Program-made: the position numbers and the translations under genes
Assembly (NCBI RefSeq): GCF_009914755.1
Contig: NC_060931.1
Strand: one strand, 5' to 3'
DNA from: the human T2T-CHM13v2.0 reference genome, Homo sapiens
Length of the DNA: 64,000 bases
Notes under the pieces: model-generated
What the model was told of the DNA's origin: nothing
The model's input: the letters and a program-made list of their open reading frames with translations, nothing else
Database searches by the model: none
Part shown: one piece after another, positions 16,240 through 35,759 of the stretch
How positions within the stretch are numbered: position 1 is the first letter of the stretch
Layout of the letters: the number at the start of each line of letters is the position of its first letter

Positions 16240-16430
16240 AATAGGTATGATGATCACAATAACACCAAGCATAATAGCTCATTAATTCTCACAAAATGAC
16301 AGGTAGGTGCCACAGTTATCCTCATTTTATGAATGAAGTGATGAAGACTTAGGGATAACGAATGATTTGCCCAAGCTCACCTGGATATTAAGACTGAGTC
16401 AAATGTTGGGTCTGGTCTGACTTTAATGTT
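16240..16430. mobile_element. MIR fragment
   Basis: attaattctcaca...tatcctcattttatgaatgaag...gatttgcccaagctcac. Confidence 0.6.
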
Positions 16431-16499
16431 TGCTTTGTTCATGAGCACCACATATTGCCTCTCCTATGCAGTTAAGCAGGTAGACAGGTCAAAGAAAAG

Positions 16500-17905
16500 C
16501 CTGTGTTTGTCTCTGCTCATGCACTTTTGACTGAACATGTGTGTGGAGTTTGTATACCAAGTTTTCCAGTGTCCTGGATATTAACTGGGTATCCCACAAT
16601 TTTATTCTGACACTACGTGGAGTTAGCACAGACTCCACAGATTAGGGGCTTAGTCCCACGAGACTATCCTCACTTCAGATGCCAGTGGCAAGTCCTAGGT
16701 TGTCACCTGTACTTTTGTCCAACCTGTTACAAATCAGGGTTTCCAATGACCCTCTTCTTGGGTTTAATGATTTGCTAGAATGGTTTACAGAACTCAGAAA
16801 AACAGTTTATTTTCTTTTTTCTGAGAAACAGGTTCTCATTTTGTTGCACAGGCTGGTGCGCAATGGTGCAGTCATAGCTCATTGCAGCATCAACTGCCTG
16901 GTCTCCAGTGGTCCTCCCACCTCAGCCTCCGTAGTAGCTGAGACTACATGCTTGCACCACCACATCTGGCTAATTTCTTTTATTTTTTTTTGTAGAGATG
17001 GGGTCTTGTTGTGTTGCCCAGGCTGGCCACAAATTCCTGGGCTCAAGTGATCCTCCCACCTCAGCCTCTTAAAGTGCTGGGATTACAGATGTGAGCCACT
17101 GTATCTGGCCAGTTCATTTCCTATTACTGGTTCATTGTAAAGGATACATCTCAGAAACAGCCAATGAAAGAGACGTACTTTCCGGATGCGGTGGCTCATG
17201 TCTGTAATTCCAGCACTTTGGGAGGCTGAGGTGGGAGGATTACTTAAACTCAGGAGTTTGAGATCAGCCTGGGCAACATGGTGAAAACCCATCTCTACAA
17301 AAAATTAGAAAAATAAAAATAAATAACCGGGTGCAGTGTTGTGCATCTATTATTCCAGCTACTAGGGAAGGTGAGCCGAGAGGATGCCTTGAGCTGGGGA
17401 CTGGGGAGGCTTAGGTTGCTGTGAGCTGAGATTGTGCCACTGCACTCCAGCCTGGACAAAAGAGCCAGACCCTGTCTCAAAAGAAAAGAAAGATGCCCAG
17501 GGCAAGGTAAGTTAGGAGGGGCACAGAGCTCCCATGTCCTCTGTTGAACATGCCACCTTGCCAACATCTCCTGTGTTCAGCAACCCCAGAAGCTCTGCAA
17601 ACCCCATTCAGGGTGTTTATGGAGGCTTTATTATGCAAGCATGATTGGTAAAATCTTTGGCCGTTGGTGATTAAGTCAATCTTCAGCCCCTCTTCCTCCT
17701 GGAGTTGAGTGCATGAGGCTGAAAGTTCCAAGCCTCTAATCATGTGATTGCCCCCAAAGTTCTTAGAGGGTCTTGTGTTAGAAACCTGGGACCAAGACTA
17801 AATATTGAAAACAAAAGATGCTCCTATCATGTCTATCACTGAGGTCTTTGTAAGAGCTTTGGAAGCTCTGTGCCAGGAACCAGGGACAGAGATTAAATAT
17901 GTATT
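16500..17905. mobile_element. MER21-like LTR with two inserted Alus (antisense ~16820-17110, sense ~17180-17490)
   Basis: ggagttagcacagactccacagattaggggcttagtccca...aatttgctagaatgg-like and tttagaagctctgtgccaggaaccagggacaga-like motifs. Confidence 0.65.
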
Positions 17906-17909
17906 TATT

Positions 17910-18330
17910 TTCTTTTTTTGAGACAGAATCTCCCCGTGTCATCCAGACTGGAATGCAGTAATGTGATCATAGCTCACTATAGCTCTGACCTCCTGAGATC
18001 AAGCCATTCTCCCTCCTCAGCCTCCCAAGTAGCTGGGACTACACATGCATGTCACCCACACCCAGCTCGTTTTCGTAGAGATGAGATTTAGTTATGTCAC
18101 CCAGGCCGATCTCAAACTCCTGGGCTAAACTGATCATCTCACCTCAGCCTCTCAAGTAGCTGGGACTACAGGTGCACACCACCATGTCCGGCTAATATTT
18201 ATTTTAATTTTTTTCTAGAGGTGGGATCTCACTATGTTGTTCAGGCTACTTTCAAATTTTGGGCTTCAAGTGTTTCTCCTGCCTTGATCTCCCAGTGTTG
18301 GGATTATGGGTGGGAGCCACCATGCCCAGC
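17910..18330 (-). mobile_element. AluJ with duplicated internal arm
   Basis: cctcagcctc(c/t)caagtagctgggactaca occurs twice. Confidence 0.75.
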
Positions 18331-18334
18331 AATC

Positions 18335-18680
18335 ACAAGGATCTTTATGAAAGAAAGAGGGTAGGACAGTTAGAATTGGAGCAGGAGATGTGGTGATGGA
18401 AGCAGAGATCAGAGAGGGAGATTTGAAGATGCTTCACTTCTAGCTTTGAAGACGGAGTCAAGGGCCATGATCCAAGGAATGTCGGTGGCTTCTAGAAGCG
18501 GGAAAAGCTAAAGGAACACTATAGAGTCTCCAGAAGGAATGCAGCCCTGCTGACACCTTGACTTTAGCCTTAATAGACCTGTTTTGGGCTTCTGGGCCCC
18601 AGAACTGTAAAATGGTAGATTTGTGGTGTTTTAAGCCACTAAATGTAAGAAACTGCAAACTGTTGCAGCAGGAAGAAGAA
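18335..18680 (+). mobile_element. MLT1C/D-like MaLR LTR
   Basis: ccaaggaatg..ggcttctagaagc..ctccagaaggaatgcagccctgctgacaccttgacttt..tgttttaagccactaa. Confidence 0.75.
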
Positions 18681-18685
18681 CATGA

Positions 18686-19125
<440 letters not shown>

Positions 19126-19126
19126 G

Positions 19127-26790
<7,664 letters not shown>

Positions 26791-26809
26791 TTTAAAAATG
26801 TATTAATTG

Positions 26810-27105
26810 GGGTGGGTGCAGTGGCTCATGCCTGTAATCCCGGCACTTTGGGAGACCCAAGGGGATGGATCACCTGAGGTCAAGAGTTCAAGACCAGCCT
26901 GGCCAACATGGTGAAACCCCGTTTCTACTAAAAAAAACACAAAAATTAGCTGGGCATGGTCGTGGGCACCTGCCCAGCTACTTGAGAGGCAGAGGCAGGA
27001 GAATCACTTGAGCCTGGTGGCGGAGGTTGCAGTGAGCCGAGATCGCGCCACTTCACTCCAGCCTGGGTGAAAGAGCGAGACTCCATCTCCAAAAAAAAAA
27101 AAAAG
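26810..27105 (+). mobile_element. AluS element
   Basis: Full sense Alu with poly-A. Confidence 0.9.
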
Positions 27106-27384
27106 TATTAACATGTAATGATTTTATTATTAATATGTAATGTATATTAAATATTTTTAAAAACTTGTATTATATCAACATGTAATGGTTTTATTAATAT
27201 GTGATAATATTTTTAAAATTTAGTCATTTTCTAATTTTAATATATTTATGTAAAGAAAAAGTCTTAAGAGATCTTCAATAAAGTTAAAAAATGTAAAAGG
27301 ATGCTAGACCCCGAAAGATTGAGAACTTCTAGTTTAGAAATATTCCAAGTAAGCCACATACAACTTGCTACTTAATCTATTTTC

Positions 27385-27680
27385 TTTCTTTCTTTTTTCT
27401 TTTAGGAGATGGGGTCTCACCCTGTCACCCAGGCTGGAGTACAGTGGTGCCATCACAGCTTGCTGCAGCTTTGAACTCCTGGGCTAAGGATCCTCCTGCC
27501 TCAGCCTCCTGAGTAGCTGGGACTGTAGGTATACATGATGACACCTGGCTAATTTTTAAATTGTTTTGTAGACATGGGGTCTCACTTTATTGGCCAGGCT
27601 GTTGTCAAACTCCTGGCCTCAGGTGACCCTTCTACCCCTGCCTCCCATCCTAGAGGTATGAGCCACGACAACAAGCACTT
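27385..27680 (-). mobile_element. AluJ element
   Basis: Diverged antisense Alu. Confidence 0.8.
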
Positions 27681-27929
27681 GTTCAATTTTCTAAAAAAAT
27701 AAAAAATGTCTAAAGGCTGTGGGATGATGGCAGGAAAAGTAGAAAAACAGAAAAGTTCAAATAACTTACTCACACATATTCTTTTGACAGCAAGGAGAAC
27801 TTTTAGTATATATGTTCCTTACAAAAAAACAAAAGGCAAATAAACTGTTGTATAAGAACTTCAACACACACTGTACAATATTCCCACCTTGCTGACATCA
27901 GTTATGGAAATTCTTCGTGGTTTACTTGA

Positions 27930-28540
<611 letters not shown>

Positions 28541-28655
28541 GGTTTTACAATTATGCTGTGGGACACATATTGTTCCATAGCCTTTAAAATAATAATTTGT
28601 AATGACAAATAATTTTTAATGGAGTGGAATAATAATATTGATAAAAGTAGCAACT

Positions 28656-28945
28656 GGCCAAGTGTGGTGGCTCACACCATTAATCACAATACTTTGGGAG
28701 GCTGAGGCAGGAGGATGGCTTGAGGTCAAGAGTTTGAGACAGGTCTCGGAAAGAAAGGGAGTCACCATCTCTATAGAAAAATACATGAATTAGCCTAGTG
28801 TGGTGATGTGTTCCTGTAGTCCCAGCTACTTGGGAGGCTGAGGTGGGAAGATCACTTGAGCCCAGGGAAGCTGAGACTGCAGTGAGTCATGATCAGGCCT
28901 CTGCACTCCAGTCTGGGTGACAGAGTGACACCCTGTCTCAAAAAA
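28656..28945 (+). mobile_element. AluJ element
   Basis: Diverged sense Alu dimer. Confidence 0.85.
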
Positions 28946-29529
28946 GTAGCAGCTAACATGAAGTGACCTTTTACCAGGTGCCTATAAATATCATAGTTTA
29001 ATTTCTTATAACTGTTTATTCCATTTAACTACTCTGTCTTCAATTACTCCTAGATTTTCACTGTGTTTGTACAGTTGACCTTTTGTTTAGATTGAATTGT
29101 CTCCCCAAGGTATTTCCAGAAGCAAGATTACTGTGAGTAATGGTGAATGGACATTCTCATTGCCCTTGATGTAAACTGACAAGGTTTTGGGTGCCTCCCA
29201 GCTATAATCCCAGCCCTTTGGAGGCTAAGACAGGATGATTGCTTGAGGCCAAGAGTTGGAGGAGGCAGTAAGGTGAGACCCTGTCTCTATTATTTTAAAA
29301 AATTGCCAACCTTTACCCTGGAAGGCTATGTACTACTTAAACACTCCTCATAGTATAAGAAAGTGTCCATTTCACTGCACCTCTGCCAGCACAGGGTATT
29401 ATAATTTAATGTTTTTTTCATTATTTTAAATAGATAAAAGACCTCATGTTACTTTGTCACATTTTAACATCTTTCCTTAGCTTATTAGCTCTATTTCTTT
29501 TCTGTCTGTAAATGGTTGTTGTTGTTTTG

Positions 29530-29825
29530 TTCTTTGAGACAGGGTCTTGCTCTGTCACCCAGGCTTGATGACTGTAATGGCATAATCATGACTCACTGCA
29601 GCCTTGACCTCCCATGCTCAAACTACCCTCCCATGTCAGCTTCCCAAGTAGCTGGGACTGCAAGTGTGCACCAGCACTCCCAGCTAATTTTTTTCTTTTT
29701 TTGGTTAGAGACAGGGTCTTGCTGTGCTGTCCAGGCCGGTCTCTAGCTCCTGGCCTCAAGCAATCCTCCTGCGTTGGCTTCTGAAATTGCTGGAATTTCA
29801 GGCATGAGCCATGATGTCTGGCCTG
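29530..29825 (-). mobile_element. AluJ element (paralog of the 4530-4895 Alu)
   Basis: Shares the unusual ttggcttctgaaattgctggaat string with 4846-4868. Confidence 0.8.
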
Positions 29826-30241
29826 TGCTAGTCTTTTATTTTCCAGAGTTCTCTTTACTTTGTGCTAGCCAATCTCTCATTATGCTGTTCCCCTGTTATA
29901 ATGAATAATTCTCTGTGTTAAATTTTACCACTTTAAACCTTTGAATGGTTTATGTCTCCTGATTGGACTCTAATATGCTAGGAAGGGTCCCAGGAGATAA
30001 ACCCACACAGATGGGATTTGGGCATAGGTTTGGTTATCCAAGGGGCAGTGCTGAGCTCCTTGCCAATGGGAAATGGAATGCTGGTGATTTCCAGGAAGTG
30101 ACCTCACAATGACTCAAGCTACCACTTACTGTTGATTGTGATGAAATGCCAGCTGAGGCACATGCCTTGGGAGTTAAGTGGTTGCTGCACTTGACCACTA
30201 TGAAGACTGCTGTGGGAAGGGTCCTTTTGGATGCACTTGAG

Positions 30242-30651
30242 CAGGGGTCCCCAACCCCTGAGCCATGGAGCTGTAAGGAGCCACACAGCAGGAGGTGAGT
30301 GGTGTCAAGTGAGGGAAGCTTCATCTGTATGTACAGCCACTCCCCTCTGCTCACATTCCTGCCTGAGCTGCTGCTCCTCTCAGATCATCAGCAGCATTAG
30401 ATTCTCATAGGAGCTCACACCCTATTTGTGAACTGTGCATGTGAGGGATCTAGGTTGCGCTGTCCCTATGAGAATCTAATGCCTGATGATCTGTCACTTT
30501 CTCCCATCACACTGAGAGGATGGGACCATCTAGTCGCAGGAAAACAGGCTTAACACGGCCACTGATTCTACATTATGGTGAATTCTATAATTTCATTATA
30601 TCTTACAACATAATAGGGGAAATAAAGTACCTAATAAATGTAATGTGCTTG
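30242..30651 (+). mobile_element. MER1A (copy 3), cut off by the satellite
   Basis: Left flank cacttgag (30234-30241) is identical to the copy 1 TSD; the element ends abruptly at ataaatgtaatgtgcttg where the satellite begins. Confidence 0.88.
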
Positions 30652-33600
30652 GCTCTTTTGGCCCAGCTCCTGCCTCCCAGCAGCCTCTTCAGGCCCAGAA
30701 CTTTCTCCACTCAGCCGCTACAGACCAAGCTCATGACTCACAATGGCCTATTTAGGCCCATACCATATCTCACGACAGTCTCCGCAGATGAGGCTACTGC
30801 CTCACAACAGCCTCCACAGGCACAGCTCCATCGTTACAATGGCCTCTTTAGACCCAGCTCCTGCCTCCCAGCCTTCTCTCCAGGCCCTGAACTTTCTCAA
30901 GTCGACCTCACCAGGCCCAGCTCCTGCCACTCATTGGCCTCCCAAGGGCCAGCTTTTGCCTCACGGCCACCTTCCAAGACCCAGCTCCTGTTTTACAGTG
31001 GCCTCTTGAGGCCCATCTTCTGACTCCTGGCAGCCTGTACAGGCCCAGCTCCTGCCTTACAATGGCCTCTTTAGTCCCAGCTCCTGCCTCTTTGCAGGAG
31101 GCCCAAATGTCCGTAAGTCCAGGCCACAAAATCCAGGGCCAAAATGTCCACAAGTCAGCCTCTCAAGGCCCAGCTCCTGCCTTTCGTTGGCATCTCTAGG
31201 CCCAGCTGCTGCCCCCAGGTGGCCTCTACAGGCTGTGCTCTTTCTTCTGACTGTGTCTGGAGGTCCAACTCCTGCCTCAGAACAACCTCTTTTGGCTCAG
31301 CTCCTGCCCAGCTCCTACTGGCCTTTGTAGGCCGCAAACTGCCTCAAGTCAAGCTTTCCAGGCCCACCTTCTGCCTCCCAATGGCCTGGACAGGCCCAGC
31401 TCCTGCGTGACAATGGCCTCTCCAGGCCCAGCTTTTGCCTCACAGAGGCCTTCCCCAAACAAGGTCCTACCTGCCTCCCAGCAGCCTCAACAGGCCCAGA
31501 TCCTGCCTCACACTAATCTCATTAGGACCAGCTCATGCCTCACGGTGGCCTCTCCAGGCCCAGCTCCTGCCCCCCAACAGGCTGTCCGTGCCGGAAACTT
31601 CCTCAAGTCGGCCTCTCCAGGCACAGCTCCTGCATCCCAGCAGCTTCTCTAGACCGAGAACTTTCTCAAGTCTGCCATTCCAGGCCCAACTTGTGCCTTC
31701 CGTCAGCCTCTACAGGCTCAACGTCTGCCTCACAGCAGATTTTCCCAGCCCAGCATGTGCCTCACTGCAGCCCCCTAGGCCAAGCTCCTGCCTTTCAGCA
31801 GCCTCTACAGGCCCCACTCCTGCCTCAATGGCCTCTCTAGGGCAAGCTTATGCCTCACAGTGGCCATTCTGGCCCAGCTTTTGCCTTTTGGCAGCATCTC
31901 CAGACCCAGAACTTCCTCAAGTGGGCCTCTCCAGGTCCAGCTCTTCCTCCCGGCTGCATCTCCAGGCCCACCTCCTACCTCACAACAACCTCTTTCGGCT
32001 CAGCTCCTGCCCAGCTCCTGGCAGCCTTTATAGGCCCAAAACTTTCTCACATCAAGTTTTCCAGCACAACCTTCTGCCTCCCGGCAGCTTGAATAGGCCC
32101 AGCTCCTGAAAGACAGTGGCCTCTCTAGGCTCAGCTCTTGCCTCACAGAGGTCATCCCTGGCCAAGTTCCTGCCTGCCTCCCAGCAGGCTCAACAGGCCC
32201 AGCTCCTGCCCCTGACAGTCTCTCCAGGCCAAAATCTTCCTCGAGTAGGCCTCTCTACAGGCTGATCTCTTGCCTCACACTGGCCTGTTTAGGCCCAGTT
32301 CATGCTTCTTGGCAGCCTCTCCAGGCCCAGCTCCTGCATCTTGGCCTCTCCAGGCCCAGCCTCTGCCTCCCGTCGGCCTCTACAGTCACAACATCTGCCT
32401 CACAGCAGATTCTTCAGGCCCAGTATCTGCCTCACTGTGGACCCCCCAAGCCAAGCTCCCAACCTTTCAGCAGCTTCTACACACCCAGCTCCTGCCACCC
32501 AGTGGCCTCTTTAGGCCAAGCTGATGCCTCACAAGGGCCTTTCCAGGCCCAACTTTTGTCTCATGGCAACCTTCCCTGGCCAGATTCCTGCCTGTCTCCC
32601 AGCAGCCTAGACAGGCCCAGGTCTTGCCTCACACTGGCCTCTCTACATCCAACTCATGCCTCACGGTGGCCTCTCCAGGCCCAGCTCCTGTCCCAGGACG
32701 TCATCTCCAGGCCCAAAACGTCATCTCCAGGCCCAAAACTTCCTCAAGTCAGCCTCTCTAGTCCCAACTGCTGCCTCCTGGTGGCCTATGAAGGCCCAAA
32801 ATCTCCTCAAGTTGACCTCTCCAGGCCCAGCTCCTGCCTCCTGTCAGTGTCTACAGGCCCAACCTCTGTCTCATGGCGGCTTCTCCAGGCCCAACTCTTC
32901 CTCTTGGCTGAGTCTACAGGCACAACTGCTGCCTCACAACAGCTGCCTCACAACAGCCTTTTTTGGCCCAGTTCCTGTCCAGCTCACGGCAGCAAATGTA
33001 GGCCCAAAACTTCCTCAAGTAAAACTCTCCAGGCCCACCTTCTGCTTCCCGGTGGCATGAACAGGCCCAGCTTTGACTTGAGAACAGCCTCTGCAGGCCC
33101 TCCTCTTACCTCTCAGGGGCTTCTCCAGGCCCAGCTCTTGTCTCATGGAAGCTGCTCCAGGCCAAGTTTCTGCCTGCCTGCCAGCAGCCTCAACAGGCAC
33201 AGCTCCTCCCTCACAGTGGCCCATTTAGGCCCAACTCATGACTGTCGGGCCATTTCCAGGCCTAGTGCCTGCCTCCTGGCTGACTCTTGAAGCCCAAAAC
33301 TTCCTGAAATTAGCCTTTTGCTCAACTTCTGTCTACTGTTGGACTCTACAGGCCAGCCTCTGCCTCACAGTGGACCCTCCAGACCCAGATGGTGTCTCAC
33401 TGTGGCATCCTCAGGCGGAGCTCCTGCCTTTCGGCAGCCTCTACGGGCCCAGCTCCTGCCTTGCAATGGCCTCTTTAGGCCAAGCTCATGCCCCATGGCG
33501 ACTTTTCCAGGCACAGCTTTTGCCTTTTGCAGCCTGTCCAGGCCCAGAATGTGCTTAACTCGGCATCGCCAGGACAAGCTCATCCTCCCGGTGCGTCTAC

Positions 33601-35759
33601 AGGCCCGTCTCCTGCCTCACAACAACCTCCTTTGGCCCAAATCCTGCTGAGCTGCTGGCAGCCTCTGTAGGCCACAGACTTCTTAAAGTAAAGCTTTCCA
33701 GGCCCACCTTCGGCCTCCCAGCAGCCTCAGCAATCAAACTATTCCCTCACTGCGGCCACCGAAAGCCAAGTTTCTCCCTGCCTCACGGCATCCTCCGAAA
33801 ACTGAGCATTTGCCTCACGGTGGCCTCCCCAGGCCACGAATCTGCCTGCCTCCCAGGCAGCTGCTGCCTCACAATGGTCTCTTTAGGCCCAGCTCATGCT
33901 AGAAGACGGACTCTCCAGGCACAGCTCTTGCCTCCTGGCAGCCTCTGCAGGCCCAAATTCTCCAAAAGTTGGCCTCTCCTAACTCAGCTCCTGCCTCATG
34001 TCGGCCTACACAGGCCCAGACTCTTACCACACAGTAGACCCTCCAGGCCCACCACTTGCCTGAGTATAGCCTCCTAAGGCCAAGCTCCTGCCTTTCAAGC
34101 AGCCTCTACAGGCCCAGTTCCTGCCTCGCAATTGCCTTTGTAGGCCAAGATCGTGCTGCGAAGTGGCCTTTCCTAGCCTAACTTTTGCTTTTTGACGCAT
34201 TCTCCTGTCCCAAAACTTCCTCCAGTCAGCCAGTCCAGGGCAAGCTCTTCCTCCCAAAGGCCTCTGCAGGCCAAAATCGTCCTGAAGTCACCCTCTGCAG
34301 GCCCAGCTCCTGCCTCCAAGTGCTGTGTAGGCCAAGCTAATGCCTCACAGCACACTTTCCAGGCTGAGCATTTCCTTTTGTGCATACTCTCCAAGCCCTG
34401 AACTTACTCTAGTTGGCCTCTCCAGGCCAAGCTCTCCCTCCCAGTGGCCTCTACAGGCCAAAATTTTTCTCAAATGAGCCTCTCCAGGGCCAACTCCTAG
34501 CTACCGGTGGCTTCTGCACACCAAAATCGACCTCAAGTCAGCCTCTCCACACCCAGCTCTTGCCTCTAAGTGGTCTCTGCAGGAGCAAAACTTCAAGTCG
34601 GCCTCTCCAGGCCCAGCCTCCTGCTTCCCGAGGGCATGTACAGGCCCAGCCTCTGCCTCACAGCAGACTCTCCACGCCCAGCTCTTCCCTGTCTGTGGCC
34701 TCTCCGGTCCAAAGCTGTTCCTGCCTTTCGGCAGCTTGTACAGGCCAAGCTCCTCCCTCACGGTGGTCTCTTTTGGCCCAACTCATGCCTCTTGCAACCT
34801 ACCCAACTGTCAGCTCCTGCCTCACACTGGCCTGTTGAGGCCCAGCTCATGCCTCTTGTGGCCTCAACAGGCGCAGCCCCTGCCTGACGGTGGCCTCTAC
34901 AGGCCCGGACTCTACCTCACAGTGGGCTCTCCAGGCCCATCTCTTCCTAACTGTGGCCTCCTGGGGCAATGCTCCTCCCTCTCGGGAGCCTCTGCGGGCC
35001 CAGCTCCTGCCTCCCAGTGGCCTCTGTAGGCGAAGCCCGTGCCTCAGGGCAGCCTTTCCAGGCCTAGCGTTTACTGCTTTGCATCCTCTCCAGGCCCTGG
35101 ACTTCCTCCAGTCGGCCTCTCCAGGCTGAGCTCTTCCTCCCGGCGGCCTCTGCAGGCCCAGACTGTCAAGTCGGCCTGTCCAGAGCCAATTCCTGCCTCC
35201 TGGCAGCCTCTGCAGGCCCAAGTCATCCTCAAGTCAGCCTCCCTAGGCCTAGCTCCGGCCTCTCGGCGGCCTCTCCAGTTTCAAAAGTTCCTCGAGTCAG
35301 CCTCTCCAGACCCAGCTCCTCCTGTCTCCCAGTGGCCTCTTTCGGCCCAGCCCAGCTCATACCTCCCGGCGGCCTTCCCAGGCCCCGCTTTTGACTTTCG
35401 GTGGCCTCTGCAGGCCCCGAACTTGACGTCCAGTCAGCCTCTCCAGGCTCGGCCTCCTGCCTCCCAAAGGCTTGCACAGGCCCAGCATCTGCCTCACAGT
35501 GGACTCTCCACGAACAGCTAGGTCTCGCCTCACTGCGGCCTCCCGAGTCCAAAGCTCCTGCCTCTCGGCCGCTGCGGCAGGCCCAGCTCCCGCCTGCCAG
35601 TGGTCTCTTCAGGCCCATAGGGCTCATTCCTCACAACGGCCTTTCCAAGCCCAGTTTTTCCCTTCCGGCGGCCTCTCCGGGCCCAGAAGCTCCTCAAGTC
35701 AGCCTCTCCAGACACACTTGCAGCCTCCCGGCGTCCTCTCCGGGCCGAACTCTTCCTAC

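Noticed and set aside
27105-27260. AT-rich stretch with repeated aacatgtaatg.ttttatt
   Set aside because: Small local duplication in low-complexity sequence with no further signal.
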